Below, one piece after another: positions 19,336 through 28,404 of a DNA stretch of 64,000 nt. Source of the DNA: a virus (lineage: Duplodnaviria > Caudoviricetes); the IMG/VR virus record IMGVR_UViG_3300002835_000001, positions 233,652-297,651 of that record. One strand, 5' to 3'. Within the stretch, counting starts at the first letter, position 1; each line of letters opens with the position of its first letter. Both the position numbers and the translations under genes were made by a program. Under the pieces are notes generated by a model that did no database searches, was not told the origin of the DNA, and saw nothing but the letters and a program-made list of their open reading frames with translations.

Positions 19336-20055
19336 TTATGCACCAAACGCTTTAGTAAATCCTTCAGGACAAGTTTTTGTACATATCAAATCTGCAATAA
19401 CTGGTGCAAATGCTGCTCCAATTGCAATACCAACTCCAGCTGGTGTTGCCCATAACTCTGCGGAATCTAAACTTTTACCTAAACAATTTGAAATTATATT
19501 TTTTAATAGTGTGTGGTCAATACTATCACTAACGTATGGTATTGCTAAAAATCCTTCTGTTATAATTTCTGTCATTGCCATTACTACCACCACTTTAGCC
19601 GCTTTATCTGCAACATAAAGAACAGGTGTTGCCATAAGTGATAGAGTGGTTGATGTCGCTGCGCCCGCTGGTTGTTCTGGTGCAAATGCCGCAACACAAC
19701 CCAAACCAATTGCTGCGGTTACTCCTATATTACAAGCATTTTTATCAGCCCATTGATATGCATCAATTACCCCTTCTTTTACTTCTTCGTAACCTTCTTT
19801 AATTACAGACTCTATTTCATTTCCAATATTAATGAGTACTGGTACTACTTCTTCTTCCCACTCTCTACCAGTTACATCTTCAATTCTATGATTTGTTTCA
19901 GGATGGTCGTGTATGTACCTTATTGCTCTATCGGTAAGTCCCCATGATTCACATGTTGAACAAGGGCCGTCACCACCAAATCCATACCATCTTACATTGT
20001 TATCTCCGCAATCTGAGCGATGATAAACTATTCCGTCTCCGTTTCTGTCTGCCAT
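19336..20055 (-). CDS. Hypothetical Cys-containing protein with a hydrophobic C-terminal half
   Basis: 239 aa with several Cys and small-residue-rich hydrophobic helices. Confidence 0.7.
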   Translation of the reverse strand: MADRNGDGIVYHRSDCGDNNVRWYGFGGDGPCSTCESWGLTDRAIRYIHDHPETNHRIEDVTGREWEEEVVPVLINIGNEIESVIKEGYEEVKEGVIDAYQWADKNACNIGVTAAIGLGCVAAFAPEQPAGAATSTTLSLMATPVLYVADKAAKVVVVMAMTEIITEGFLAIPYVSDSIDHTLLKNIISNCLGKSLDSAELWATPAGVGIAIGAAFAPVIADLICTKTCPEGFTKAFGA

Positions 20056-20075
20056 AATTTTTATTTTTTAATTTT

Positions 20076-20456
20076 TTAGTTTATTTTATTGAAATCTGTT
20101 ATTCCTAATTGTTTATTATTAGAATCGAATAACCCTATTCTGTATGCTGATGATGGTAATGCGTTAGTGTATACCTTTAAAAGGTTATCACCCGCAATTA
20201 CGTTCATTGTTTCTTTAGATACCACCCTATTGGAAATGTCAAATATTTTAATCGTTACCGGACCTGCGGTTTCAATTTTAACGTTCATCGCCACTTCTGA
20301 AGTGACAAATGATGATTGTAATTTAATACCAATAGAACTTGTCATTTTCAGGTCTTCTGATATTGATTGAGGTGTAGGTAAGATATCGTCCTTATAACAT
20401 CCTGTTAAAATTGTGGATACCAATACTAATAAGAGAATCTTTTTCATTTTTGTCAT
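20076..20456 (-). CDS. Lipoprotein with an Ig-like domain resembling a T9SS C-terminal/FlgD domain
   Basis: Lipobox LTGC, then VTIKIFDISNRVV...LPSSAYRIGL. Confidence 0.65.
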   Translation of the reverse strand: MTKMKKILLLVLVSTILTGCYKDDILPTPQSISEDLKMTSSIGIKLQSSFVTSEVAMNVKIETAGPVTIKIFDISNRVVSKETMNVIAGDNLLKVYTNALPSSAYRIGLFDSNNKQLGITDFNKIN

Positions 20457-20459
20457 TTT

Positions 20460-20801
20460 TTAATTTACTATTATTGTTGTCTTTTTTAATTCTTTTTTAT
20501 CCACATCCTCAAGTACTAAATATAAATATCCCTTGGGTAATGAATTGGTATAAATCTTTTTTTCATTTTTACCTATTTGACCAATAAACTTTTCTCGACT
20601 TATTACTTGTCCACTATTTTTATCGATTAAAATTAAATAATGAACAGTATTAGAGGTTAAATCAAAAAAAATTGATTGACCATTTGTTACACTACTTTCA
20701 CCCACATTGAATATTTTTTCAACAGGAGGAGTTGGGGTTGGGATATCCATCTTAGTACAACCCCATAGTAAAATCACAAATATGAATAGTATTTTTTTCA
20801 T
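20460..20801 (-). CDS. Lipoprotein with an Ig-like domain, paralog of 20076-20456
   Basis: Lipobox LWGC. IYTNSLPKGYLYL here compares with VYTNALPSSAYRI in the neighbour. Confidence 0.65.
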   Translation of the reverse strand: MKKILFIFVILLWGCTKMDIPTPTPPVEKIFNVGESSVTNGQSIFFDLTSNTVHYLILIDKNSGQVISREKFIGQIGKNEKKIYTNSLPKGYLYLVLEDVDKKELKKTTIIVN

Positions 20802-20804
20802 ATG

Positions 20805-21698
20805 TTAAAATTGAAAGTTTGTTCCTATCATAAACATTATTGGATTACTCTTTTTATACCCAACCGATTCGCTCAATTTGTCAAAAGTTGTGTTATATCT
20901 AATATTAGTATTCAAAATGAACCTTTTAGTTATTTTCCAATCAAACGATGTTCCATAATATAAATCTAAATTAAAATCATCAAAATATGATAAATCCGAT
21001 GTCGTACCATCTTTAAATACTTTATAGACATCACTCATTGCAAATATTTGCGGTGATATGTTTACCCTTTTTGTTTTCAATGTATATGTGTACATTACCA
21101 TACCTCTATAACTTATTTCACTTGATGCCGGCACCATTGGATATATTAAATCTTTAAAATCACCATTTTCATCTACCGTATATTTTCCTTCCCATTGACC
21201 TTCATATGTTCCCCAAAAAGATTTTGATGCAATTAAACTATATCCAAATGTTCCAAACTTTTTAGTTCTGAATACATCTATGAATGATAGTGTAATATCT
21301 TTTTGGAAATCAAAATCGGTTGAATAAAATGATTGTAATGTAGTAGTTCTCTTATCTGTATTTCTAGTGAAACCATATCCTACTCCATAATATTTCCATA
21401 TAGGGTTTATTGACGCTGCGAATGTGTGTCCCCATTGACCATTCATAGATGATTTATTGTAACCCAAATTAAGAGTAGTTGATACTTGTCTACCAATTAT
21501 ACCAACTGAAAGATTTGATGATGATAGAACATCTTTTGAAAAATTAACATAGGATTGTAATATACCCACATCGTTCCAATCATCACTTTCCCCAAATAAT
21601 TCCTTTGGTGATAGTTGTAATGTATCGGGTTTTTGTATTTGTGCGTTTGTCACAAATGTTGTCGAAATTAGTGACAGAATTATTATTAGTTTTTTCAT
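20805..21698 (-). CDS. Outer-membrane beta-barrel-like protein
   Basis: Signal peptide, amphipathic strands and a terminal MIGTNFQF. Confidence 0.72.
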   Translation of the reverse strand: MKKLIIILSLISTTFVTNAQIQKPDTLQLSPKELFGESDDWNDVGILQSYVNFSKDVLSSSNLSVGIIGRQVSTTLNLGYNKSSMNGQWGHTFAASINPIWKYYGVGYGFTRNTDKRTTTLQSFYSTDFDFQKDITLSFIDVFRTKKFGTFGYSLIASKSFWGTYEGQWEGKYTVDENGDFKDLIYPMVPASSEISYRGMVMYTYTLKTKRVNISPQIFAMSDVYKVFKDGTTSDLSYFDDFNLDLYYGTSFDWKITKRFILNTNIRYNTTFDKLSESVGYKKSNPIMFMIGTNFQF

Positions 21699-23992
21699 TA
21701 GTTCATTTTTACTTTTAATTGTATTCCATTCTTATTGACGGCATCGGTTGTTGATATTGAAGTTAAACCCAAAGTACCACTCAATCCTATTAATGGTAAA
21801 AATGTTATTTTATATTCTGTTGTTTTATCCAATAATGTTGAACCATCAGTAATCAATGAACCTAATGTTATTGATGAACCTCTATTAGTTCCAAAATTGG
21901 TAGGAGTTCCATTTGTGGTGAATTCTACCTTTTCAAACTTTAATGCTGTATTATCGTAGTTTAAATTGAATTGAGTACCAACCAACTCTTGTTGTAAAGG
22001 GTCTACCGAAATCGTTACTACTAATTTACCACCAATGTTTTCACCCATTAGATATGCGTTGATTTGATTGGAAACTGAATTAGTACCCAAACTCATAGTT
22101 CTAATAGAATTACTAGCAACACCACTTGTACTTTGTTGTGCTGAATGAGATAGGTTTACATCACCAAGCCAAGTAACATTAACATTGTATGTGTTATTAA
22201 GTGTACCCGTATTTAAACTAAACGGATATAAACTTCTTGTTGAATTAAATTTGGTATTCCAATTAGATTTAGTAATCCCATCATAATCTGATTTACTATA
22301 AAGTTTCATCAGAAAAGTTAATAGTGGATTTTGTGTAAGTGGTTGAACTCCTGTTAAATGTTGTAATAGTTTATATGTATCTGCTTCGTTGAATATACCA
22401 TTACCATCAACGTCCGCATTAATAAATTGAATACCGTTTGTAAATTCATTTCCACTTTCATTTCCAAATATTCCACCATTTGATAATTCTTTGAAGGCAA
22501 TAAAGACATCCGATACGGTCACAATACTATTGTATAAAGTGTTTAAATCCGTTTGATTGGTGTATGTTAACTCAATCCCATGTTGTTTATATGACATTAT
22601 TGGTGAGAAAGTAAATTCTGCTCTTGTTCCATACCAACCATCTTGTAATCTTAATTGTGCCTGAAATGTGGATGATGTTATCTTAGTTGTCAAATTACCG
22701 GGCATTATATAAGTTTTCCAAAACCCACTTACACTATGAATACTAACCGGTCCATCGTATATATCAAATAATTTAACTGATGTTATATCACTTGGAGATA
22801 CTCCTGTCCCATCAAATTCCCTTTCGTCTATTAATAATTGATGCCCACCTAAATTTGCATCATACGGATTTATTATTGCCCATTCAACTTGTCCTGCAGT
22901 TGTTGACGCTTTAGTACCAATACCACTTACCTTTGCAGTATCTAAATCATTTGTAATGTCAACCTTACCCAATCCACTTATTGCTCGTGATGTGTTGGTT
23001 GTTGTACTCCATAGATTATTTACATATCTATTTGCCTTTGTTGAGAATTTAGTTTCATCTATATTACTCCCAAAATCAAAATTAAATTTAGCGGTTAAAA
23101 CTTCACCATTTGAATGAGATACACTATTGGTATAAAATTCAGTAAATGTTGCATCATCGGGATTAGACCAAGTTCCATATTCAATTATGTATGGATTAGT
23201 CCAATTATTTGATAAATCATTCCAAGTTGATGCACCACCCCAATTTGTTACCGCATAATCCTCACTATGATTATATCCATTAGGTTCACCACCTGCCCAG
23301 TTGTTATACACACCAGGTCTATTTCCTGCCGTCTGTCCATTTGATGTTTTCATAACAGTTCCTTTTTCAGGTCCCGCATCAATTACCCAAGTTCCATCTA
23401 TAACCTCATCTGTTGCTGCAAACCATATATTAGCTTGTGGTACGTTAGAAAATATAAAAGCATTTTCAGATGCCGATGTTATTGTTACTAAATAACCTGT
23501 CTGTCCTTTGAATGTTGTTAATAACGATGCCGATCTAGCACCAGTATAAGTTGTACCTGCCGTTACGGGTTTATAAAAATGACCATTTACACCATTGTAA
23601 TAAAATCCTGTTGGATTGATTGTTGCAGCAACCGATAATTTTACATTACCAACTACCGAACCTGTGTTTATTTTTAGGGATGTCAATGCCGTATTGATAC
23701 TTGCCATTGTACCCGTTATTACTAAACGAGTTTTATTACCACTTAAAGTAAATCCACTTGCAGCAGTTAGACCCGTTGTTGTGTTCAATACGAATGTTGT
23801 ACCTGTTGGAAATTCTACTAAACTAATTGATGCTAATAAAGTTGACGTTGAACTAAACCCACTTAAAACAAAACCACTAGCATCTTGTGCACTAGTGGAT
23901 TGTAAAAAAGACTTAGAGTCCGGAGCAGATACACTCTGTCCGAACCCTAAGAATGATGTAAATAAAAATAATATTAAAAATAATTTCTTCAT
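21698..23992 (-). CDS. Secreted multidomain adhesin-like protein with C-type lectin, dockerin-like and cohesin-like domains
   Basis: Signal peptide. Lectin signature GHFY...YLVTITSASEN...IWF...YNNWAGGEPN...WNDL. Dockerin-like ADVDGNGIFNEADTYKLLQHL. Cohesin-like GTQFNLNYDNTALKF. Confidence 0.75.
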   Translation of the reverse strand: MKKLFLILFLFTSFLGFGQSVSAPDSKSFLQSTSAQDASGFVLSGFSSTSTLLASISLVEFPTGTTFVLNTTTGLTAASGFTLSGNKTRLVITGTMASINTALTSLKINTGSVVGNVKLSVAATINPTGFYYNGVNGHFYKPVTAGTTYTGARSASLLTTFKGQTGYLVTITSASENAFIFSNVPQANIWFAATDEVIDGTWVIDAGPEKGTVMKTSNGQTAGNRPGVYNNWAGGEPNGYNHSEDYAVTNWGGASTWNDLSNNWTNPYIIEYGTWSNPDDATFTEFYTNSVSHSNGEVLTAKFNFDFGSNIDETKFSTKANRYVNNLWSTTTNTSRAISGLGKVDITNDLDTAKVSGIGTKASTTAGQVEWAIINPYDANLGGHQLLIDEREFDGTGVSPSDITSVKLFDIYDGPVSIHSVSGFWKTYIMPGNLTTKITSSTFQAQLRLQDGWYGTRAEFTFSPIMSYKQHGIELTYTNQTDLNTLYNSIVTVSDVFIAFKELSNGGIFGNESGNEFTNGIQFINADVDGNGIFNEADTYKLLQHLTGVQPLTQNPLLTFLMKLYSKSDYDGITKSNWNTKFNSTRSLYPFSLNTGTLNNTYNVNVTWLGDVNLSHSAQQSTSGVASNSIRTMSLGTNSVSNQINAYLMGENIGGKLVVTISVDPLQQELVGTQFNLNYDNTALKFEKVEFTTNGTPTNFGTNRGSSITLGSLITDGSTLLDKTTEYKITFLPLIGLSGTLGLTSISTTDAVNKNGIQLKVKMN

Positions 23993-23995
23993 AAA

Positions 23996-25651
23996 TTACT
24001 CCACTGTCAAATTTATCTTGTTTCCGTTTCCGTCAACAGCATCAGATAAAACTGTATAGAATAAACCCGCAGTGTTTGTTATGGTTTCTTTTGGTGTAAA
24101 TGTTAATTTATATGGTGTACCTGTTTTAATTCTTGCGGTTTTTGTTTGATCCATAGAACCAAATGTTAATCTACCATCTCCGTTTGTTGAGAAGTTAGTT
24201 ACGATTGGTCCCGCGTCAAATGAAATATTATCAAAAGTTAATTTAGAATTATCATATTGTAATATAACCTCCAAACCAGCTAAACCTTCTTTTGTTAAAT
24301 TACCTGTCAATACAACCTTACCGTTAACTATTGTAGAGGTTAAACTTAATTTAGCGGTTTCAAATACTTGATTATATGACATTGATTGAACTGACATTGA
24401 TTTATTATTATCATTGACGGAATTAACAAAATTACCACTTGCAACTCTACTTGCAATTTCGGTTGCGGATGATGAATGAGACCAATCTAAATCACCTCCC
24501 CATGCAAATACCATATCTACTACTTTAATAGGAGTATCGATTATAACTTTATTTTTTATAACACCATTTAACCAATTTTGATTTAATAAACCACTATACC
24601 ATCTTACATTTTCAGATGTGGTGGTTGATTTTGGAATTTTTGCACTAGAAGATACATCTATTCCCATTACATGTGCGAATGTATAATATGAATCCGATTC
24701 ACTAAACGCACTATTGGCGTTTGTAACTCTTGCAATCATTTTTTCTAAATTAGGATATACAAAGTATGTTTGTGTACCTGAAATATCTACTTGTGAAATA
24801 CCTAAGAATGATTTATATGCGTCCGATACGGTTATAATATTATTCATAAATGTTTTAGTCCCCGTTGGTTGGACGTATACACCAAAAGTATCTCCCACCT
24901 TAACTTCAGTTGTGAATATTGCTTCACCAGTTGCATCCAATACCTTTTGAGCTATTGGTTGTTTAGTCCAATCTATATCACCACTAGCATCAGTTTTAAG
25001 TGGCATCAATTGTATATTATGACTAGTTATACTATATCCTGTTGGAAATAAAACTCTAACTTTGAATTGAGAAGTATTACCCGATACATTTGATAAAGAT
25101 ATTGTGCCCGGATTAGTTGTGATTGGAGTAATATACTCACTCGTAGCATTGATGGAATATGATAAATCTAATTTATGAATATTTGTATAATCAACTAAAT
25201 CTTTGATTACATATTTTTGAGTTGCAATATCACCATTGATTGACGCATCGGTTCTTTGTACTGTCAATTGTCCGGCGTTCCAATCTGCGTTAGCCACATA
25301 TCCCCACGGAGTTGCTAAATATTGTGCATATAAACTTGTAGCAGTAATACCATTTGCTGTACTTGGTGTAAATTTATACCCTGACCAACCAGTATAAAAT
25401 GTTTGTACTGATGAACCTTGTGAGAATACAGTAGAAACATATGATAATGCTTTATTGTTGAATTGGTATCTTAACCAAAAATAACGAGGGGTAGTCGTAC
25501 CTCTATCAATTGTATACTTCACCGAAAGAGTATCACCAACTTTTAAGTTTGAAGTGGGTGAAAACGATTGGTTAATTGTCAATTGAGCAAATGATGTAAA
25601 CGTAATTAGGGATAGGGTTAGTATCACTATGAGTGTTAATAGTTTTTTCAT
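23996..25651 (-). CDS. Secreted protein with cohesin-like domains, paralog of 21698-23992
   Basis: Signal peptide. RYQFNNKALSY and LEVILQYDNSKLTF. Shares IITVSDAY/IVTVSDVF and a DAVxxNG terminus with the neighbour. Confidence 0.72.
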   Translation of the reverse strand: MKKLLTLIVILTLSLITFTSFAQLTINQSFSPTSNLKVGDTLSVKYTIDRGTTTPRYFWLRYQFNNKALSYVSTVFSQGSSVQTFYTGWSGYKFTPSTANGITATSLYAQYLATPWGYVANADWNAGQLTVQRTDASINGDIATQKYVIKDLVDYTNIHKLDLSYSINATSEYITPITTNPGTISLSNVSGNTSQFKVRVLFPTGYSITSHNIQLMPLKTDASGDIDWTKQPIAQKVLDATGEAIFTTEVKVGDTFGVYVQPTGTKTFMNNIITVSDAYKSFLGISQVDISGTQTYFVYPNLEKMIARVTNANSAFSESDSYYTFAHVMGIDVSSSAKIPKSTTTSENVRWYSGLLNQNWLNGVIKNKVIIDTPIKVVDMVFAWGGDLDWSHSSSATEIASRVASGNFVNSVNDNNKSMSVQSMSYNQVFETAKLSLTSTIVNGKVVLTGNLTKEGLAGLEVILQYDNSKLTFDNISFDAGPIVTNFSTNGDGRLTFGSMDQTKTARIKTGTPYKLTFTPKETITNTAGLFYTVLSDAVDGNGNKINLTVE

Positions 25652-25656
25652 TTTTA

Positions 25657-26307
25657 TTATTTTTTATCCATTAATTTATTTATTAGTTTTTCACTAGCCT
25701 TTTTGAGAGCATTACTTAAAGATGTCTGATTAAATGAACCTCCTTCGTCAACAATAAGTGTTGACATAGAAACTTCAGATGATGACTCCTCAACAATAAG
25801 TTCTTTTTCTTTTTTACCGTCTTTTGTTAATGTTCCTTTCAATCTAATAACCACTTCTTCCTCACCAGAATGGAAAACCGATATGTTCTTCTTTGTTGTA
25901 AGAACGTCTAAATAAACAATTTGTACTTTTAATTTGTATGGAGATGATGCCGATAAATCGTAACCCTTTTCTTGTAAAAACTCTTCTAATATGTTTTTAA
26001 CCCCAAATGCTAAATTTCTATTACCTGCTAGTTTACCAATTTTAACCTCATTGGTTACACTTTCGACCCAAATGTGGTCGTCGGCATCGTACCAAATATT
26101 TTCAGGGGAGTTTTTGAATGTACCATCGATTCTCCATTCAATCCAATTTATTACGTTTCTCTGTAATTCATGTTTACCTGAAAATTCTAAATAAACGAAG
26201 AATAATTGAAAACACAGTGCGAATGCAATCCAAAACCCAACTAATGATAAAAATATCATAGCAAGTTTGTCGCCAATGTTAATAGTAAGTGATTTGATTT
26301 TTTCCAT
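25657..26307 (-). CDS. Membrane-anchored protein, possible CsgG-like paralog
   Basis: N-terminal TM. It ends FNQTSLSNALKKA, comparable with FNQSTISTATKKA in 17160-17882. Confidence 0.55.
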   Translation of the reverse strand: MEKIKSLTINIGDKLAMIFLSLVGFWIAFALCFQLFFVYLEFSGKHELQRNVINWIEWRIDGTFKNSPENIWYDADDHIWVESVTNEVKIGKLAGNRNLAFGVKNILEEFLQEKGYDLSASSPYKLKVQIVYLDVLTTKKNISVFHSGEEEVVIRLKGTLTKDGKKEKELIVEESSSEVSMSTLIVDEGGSFNQTSLSNALKKASEKLINKLMDKK

Positions 26308-26369
26308 AAGGTTCTAAGTTTTTTTACCCACTCAGAACCACATATTAATATCATATTAATATAATATGT

Positions 26370-26401
26370 AATGTATTGAGAGAGATACATTTATTTTTGT
26401 C
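26370..26401 (+). repeat. Direct repeat, right copy (pairs with 14618-14651)
   Basis: AATGTATTGAGAGAGATACATTTATTTTTGTC. Confidence 0.8.
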
Positions 26402-26489
26402 CCTTATAAATATCAAGATATGGTAACTAGTCAAAAAAAATTTATTAAAATATTTTTAACTTTTTCTTGTTTATATATATATTTATTGT

Positions 26490-26497
26490 TATCTTTG
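26490..26497 (+). promoter_or_regulatory. Bacteroidota -7 element upstream of the leader ORF and tRNA cluster
   Basis: TATCTTTG fits TAnnTTTG. Confidence 0.55.
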
Positions 26498-26527
26498 TAG
26501 AAAGAAAAAAATATTAAATAAAATTCA

Positions 26528-26623
26528 ATGAGACAATTAACACATATGCCGTCAACATCAAACCAACTAAATTGGAATGAGCAACCTATGTCCATATGTC
26601 TCGATGATACTGATGTGGGTTAA
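26528..26623 (+). CDS. 31-aa leader-peptide-like ORF (not in the ORF track)
   Basis: MRQLTHMPSTSNQLNWNEQPMSICLDDTDVG*, lying between a promoter and a terminator. Confidence 0.5.
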   Translation: MRQLTHMPSTSNQLNWNEQPMSICLDDTDVG

Positions 26624-26645
26624 GTAATTAACCTAATATAATTAG

Positions 26646-26682
26646 AAAACCTCGGGACTTAAAAAATCTCGAGGTTTTTTGT
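26646..26682 (+). terminator. Intrinsic terminator just upstream of tRNA-Pro
   Basis: AAAACCTCGGGA-cttaaaaaa-TCTCGAGGTTTT followed by a U-run. Confidence 0.7.
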
Positions 26683-26693
26683 TTTATACAAAT

Positions 26694-26768
26694 AGGGTAA
26701 TGGACTAATGGCTAAGTCACTTGCTTTGGGAGCAAGGCATCATGGAGGTTCGAGTCCTCTTTACCCTA
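26694..26768 (+). tRNA. tRNA-Pro(TGG)
   Basis: Acceptor AGGGTAA/TTACCCT, anticodon arm CTTGC-TT TGG GA-GCAAG, T-loop TTCGAGT. Confidence 0.92.
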
Positions 26769-26773
26769 CAAAC

Positions 26774-26845
26774 GCTGATTTAGCTCAGAGGCAGAGCACG
26801 AAGCTGTTAACTTCGGGGTCCGGATATCGTAATTCTGAATCAGCG
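26774..26845 (+). tRNA. tRNA-Asn(GTT) with an atypical T-loop
   Basis: GCTGATT/AATCAGC, CGAAG-CT GTT AA-CTTCG, T-loop ATCGTAA. Confidence 0.85.
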
Positions 26846-26850
26846 CAAAC

Positions 26851-26922
26851 ATCCGTGTAGTTCAATCGGTAGAACGTCGGTCTCCAAAACCGAAAATGAA
26901 GGTTCGAGTCCTTACATGGGTG
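26851..26922 (+). tRNA. tRNA-Trp(CCA)
   Basis: ATCCGTG/CATGGGT, TCGGT-CT CCA AA-ACCGA, T-loop TTCGAGT. Confidence 0.9.
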
Positions 26923-26929
26923 CAATAAT

Positions 26930-27009
26930 ACCCGAGTGGTGGAATGGTATACACAGCGGTCTTAGAAACCGTGTCGAAAGGCGTGTCGGTTCGAGTCCGA
27001 CCTTGGGTA
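26930..27009 (+). tRNA. tRNA-Leu(TAG)
   Basis: ACCCGAG/CTTGGGT, GCGGT-CT TAG AA-ACCGT, long variable arm. Confidence 0.92.
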
Positions 27010-27014
27010 CATAT

Positions 27015-27085
27015 TGTCCTTTGGTATAACGGTAGTACAAATGTTTTTGGAGCATCTAGTTGAGGTTCGAATCCTTGAGGGACAA
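27015..27085 (+). tRNA. tRNA-Gln(TTG)
   Basis: TGTCCTT/AGGGACA, loop TT TTG GA, T-loop TTCGAAT. Confidence 0.88.
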
Positions 27086-27087
27086 CT

Positions 27088-27160
27088 GTGTTTATAGTGT
27101 TAATGGTTAGCACGTCAGTTTGTGGTACTGATAGTATGGGTTCAAATCCCATTAAACACC
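27088..27160 (+). tRNA. tRNA-His(GTG)
   Basis: GTGTTTA/TAAACAC, TCAGT-TT GTG GT-ACTGA, C73. Position -1 is T, not G. Confidence 0.9.
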
Positions 27161-27222
27161 CTTTGGTTATTAGTGTTCCAAATCAAACAAAAAAATGGAC
27201 TTTTGGAACATTAATAATATAT

Positions 27223-27297
27223 TGCGGGATGTGTAGAAAATGGTTATCTCGTCGGTCTCATAAGCCGAAGTTCTGGGTTCAAGTCCCAGTCCCGCAA
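27223..27297 (+). tRNA. tRNA-Met(CAT), initiator-like sequence
   Basis: TGCGGGA/TCCCGCA, TCGGT-CT CAT AA-GCCGA, T-loop TTCAAGT. Confidence 0.85.
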
Positions 27298-27433
27298 CTA
27301 CAGAAGCAAAGTATTTTAAGTAAAATTTTGCAAAGTAAAAAAAAAGTTTTACATTCGTACCATAATTAAATGGGGTGAGATGTATTACCTATAGTTCCCA
27401 TAAATGGGGTCATAAATTATTAATTAATTAAGT

Positions 27434-27916
27434 ATGAAAAAAAGATTATTATTTATCGTGTTGTTTATCATAGTAACAACATCAACAATTAAAACAGAAG
27501 GAAAAACAATTAAATTAAACAATAACCAAATACCAAAAATAAGTTATGTAAATTTATATAATACTATTTTATCGATGGGTATTCTATATCCAGATATTGT
27601 ATTTGCCCAAGCGGTGTTAGAATCTGGAAGTTTTAAATCAAATTTAGCAATATTAAATAATAATATTTTTGGTATGAGACACCCAAAAATCCGTGAAACA
27701 ACCGCAATAGGTGAAGGAAAGAGTGGATATGCAAAATACAAAACGTGGGTACAAAGTGTTGAGGATTACCAACATTGGCAGGATTTTTTTCTAAAAGATA
27801 AGGAAATTTCAAGACAAGAATATCTTAATCTATTAGGAAGAATATACGCAACTGATAAAAATTATATATTAAGATTAAATCGTAAAATTAAAGAATATAA
27901 ACACATATTAGGTTAA
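27434..27916 (+). CDS. GH73/FlgJ-like glucosaminidase with an N-terminal signal/TM
   Basis: FAQAVLESG, NNIFGM, YAKYKTW and YATDKNY. Confidence 0.85.
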   Translation: MKKRLLFIVLFIIVTTSTIKTEGKTIKLNNNQIPKISYVNLYNTILSMGILYPDIVFAQAVLESGSFKSNLAILNNNIFGMRHPKIRETTAIGEGKSGYAKYKTWVQSVEDYQHWQDFFLKDKEISRQEYLNLLGRIYATDKNYILRLNRKIKEYKHILG

Positions 27917-28067
27917 AAATAAATTTGACAATTATTTTTTAATTTAAAGTATTGTTCATATATTTGTTAAACAATGGTTGATTGGGATTTAACGGGGCTA
28001 GCGAATAGCGAGAAACGCCAATTATAAAAACAGATGTCCACACCCCCATCTTCTGTTTTCCATAGTA

Positions 28068-28140
28068 GCCCGAATAGCTCAGTTGGTAGAGCAGCTGATT
28101 TGTAATCAGCAGGTCGTCAGTTCGAGTCTGACTTTGGGCT
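28068..28140 (+). tRNA. tRNA-Thr(TGT)
   Basis: GCCCGAA/TTTGGGC, GCTGA-TT TGT AA-TCAGC. Confidence 0.93.
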
Positions 28141-28331
28141 CAACAGGTGACGACGGTGGTGGAACCCCACTGTCTATAAATCTCAACACCCGCCTTGATT
28201 CGCGGTATTATAGCGGTGAGAGTAGAGTTATTACAAGTCGGGAGTAATTAACCCAATGACGAAAGTGTAACCACAGATATAGAAATATATTTGTTATGAT
28301 GTACGAAAGGGTACGAAAAACCTGTTATTTT

Positions 28332-28404
28332 GGGATTGAGGTCAAACGGTTAAGATGTCGCCCTGTCACGGCGCACGGAGCGGGTTCAACTCCCGTCAGT
28401 CCCG
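28332..28404 (+). tRNA. tRNA-Asp(GTC)
   Basis: GGGATTG/CAGTCCC, loop CT GTC AC, G73. Confidence 0.9.
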
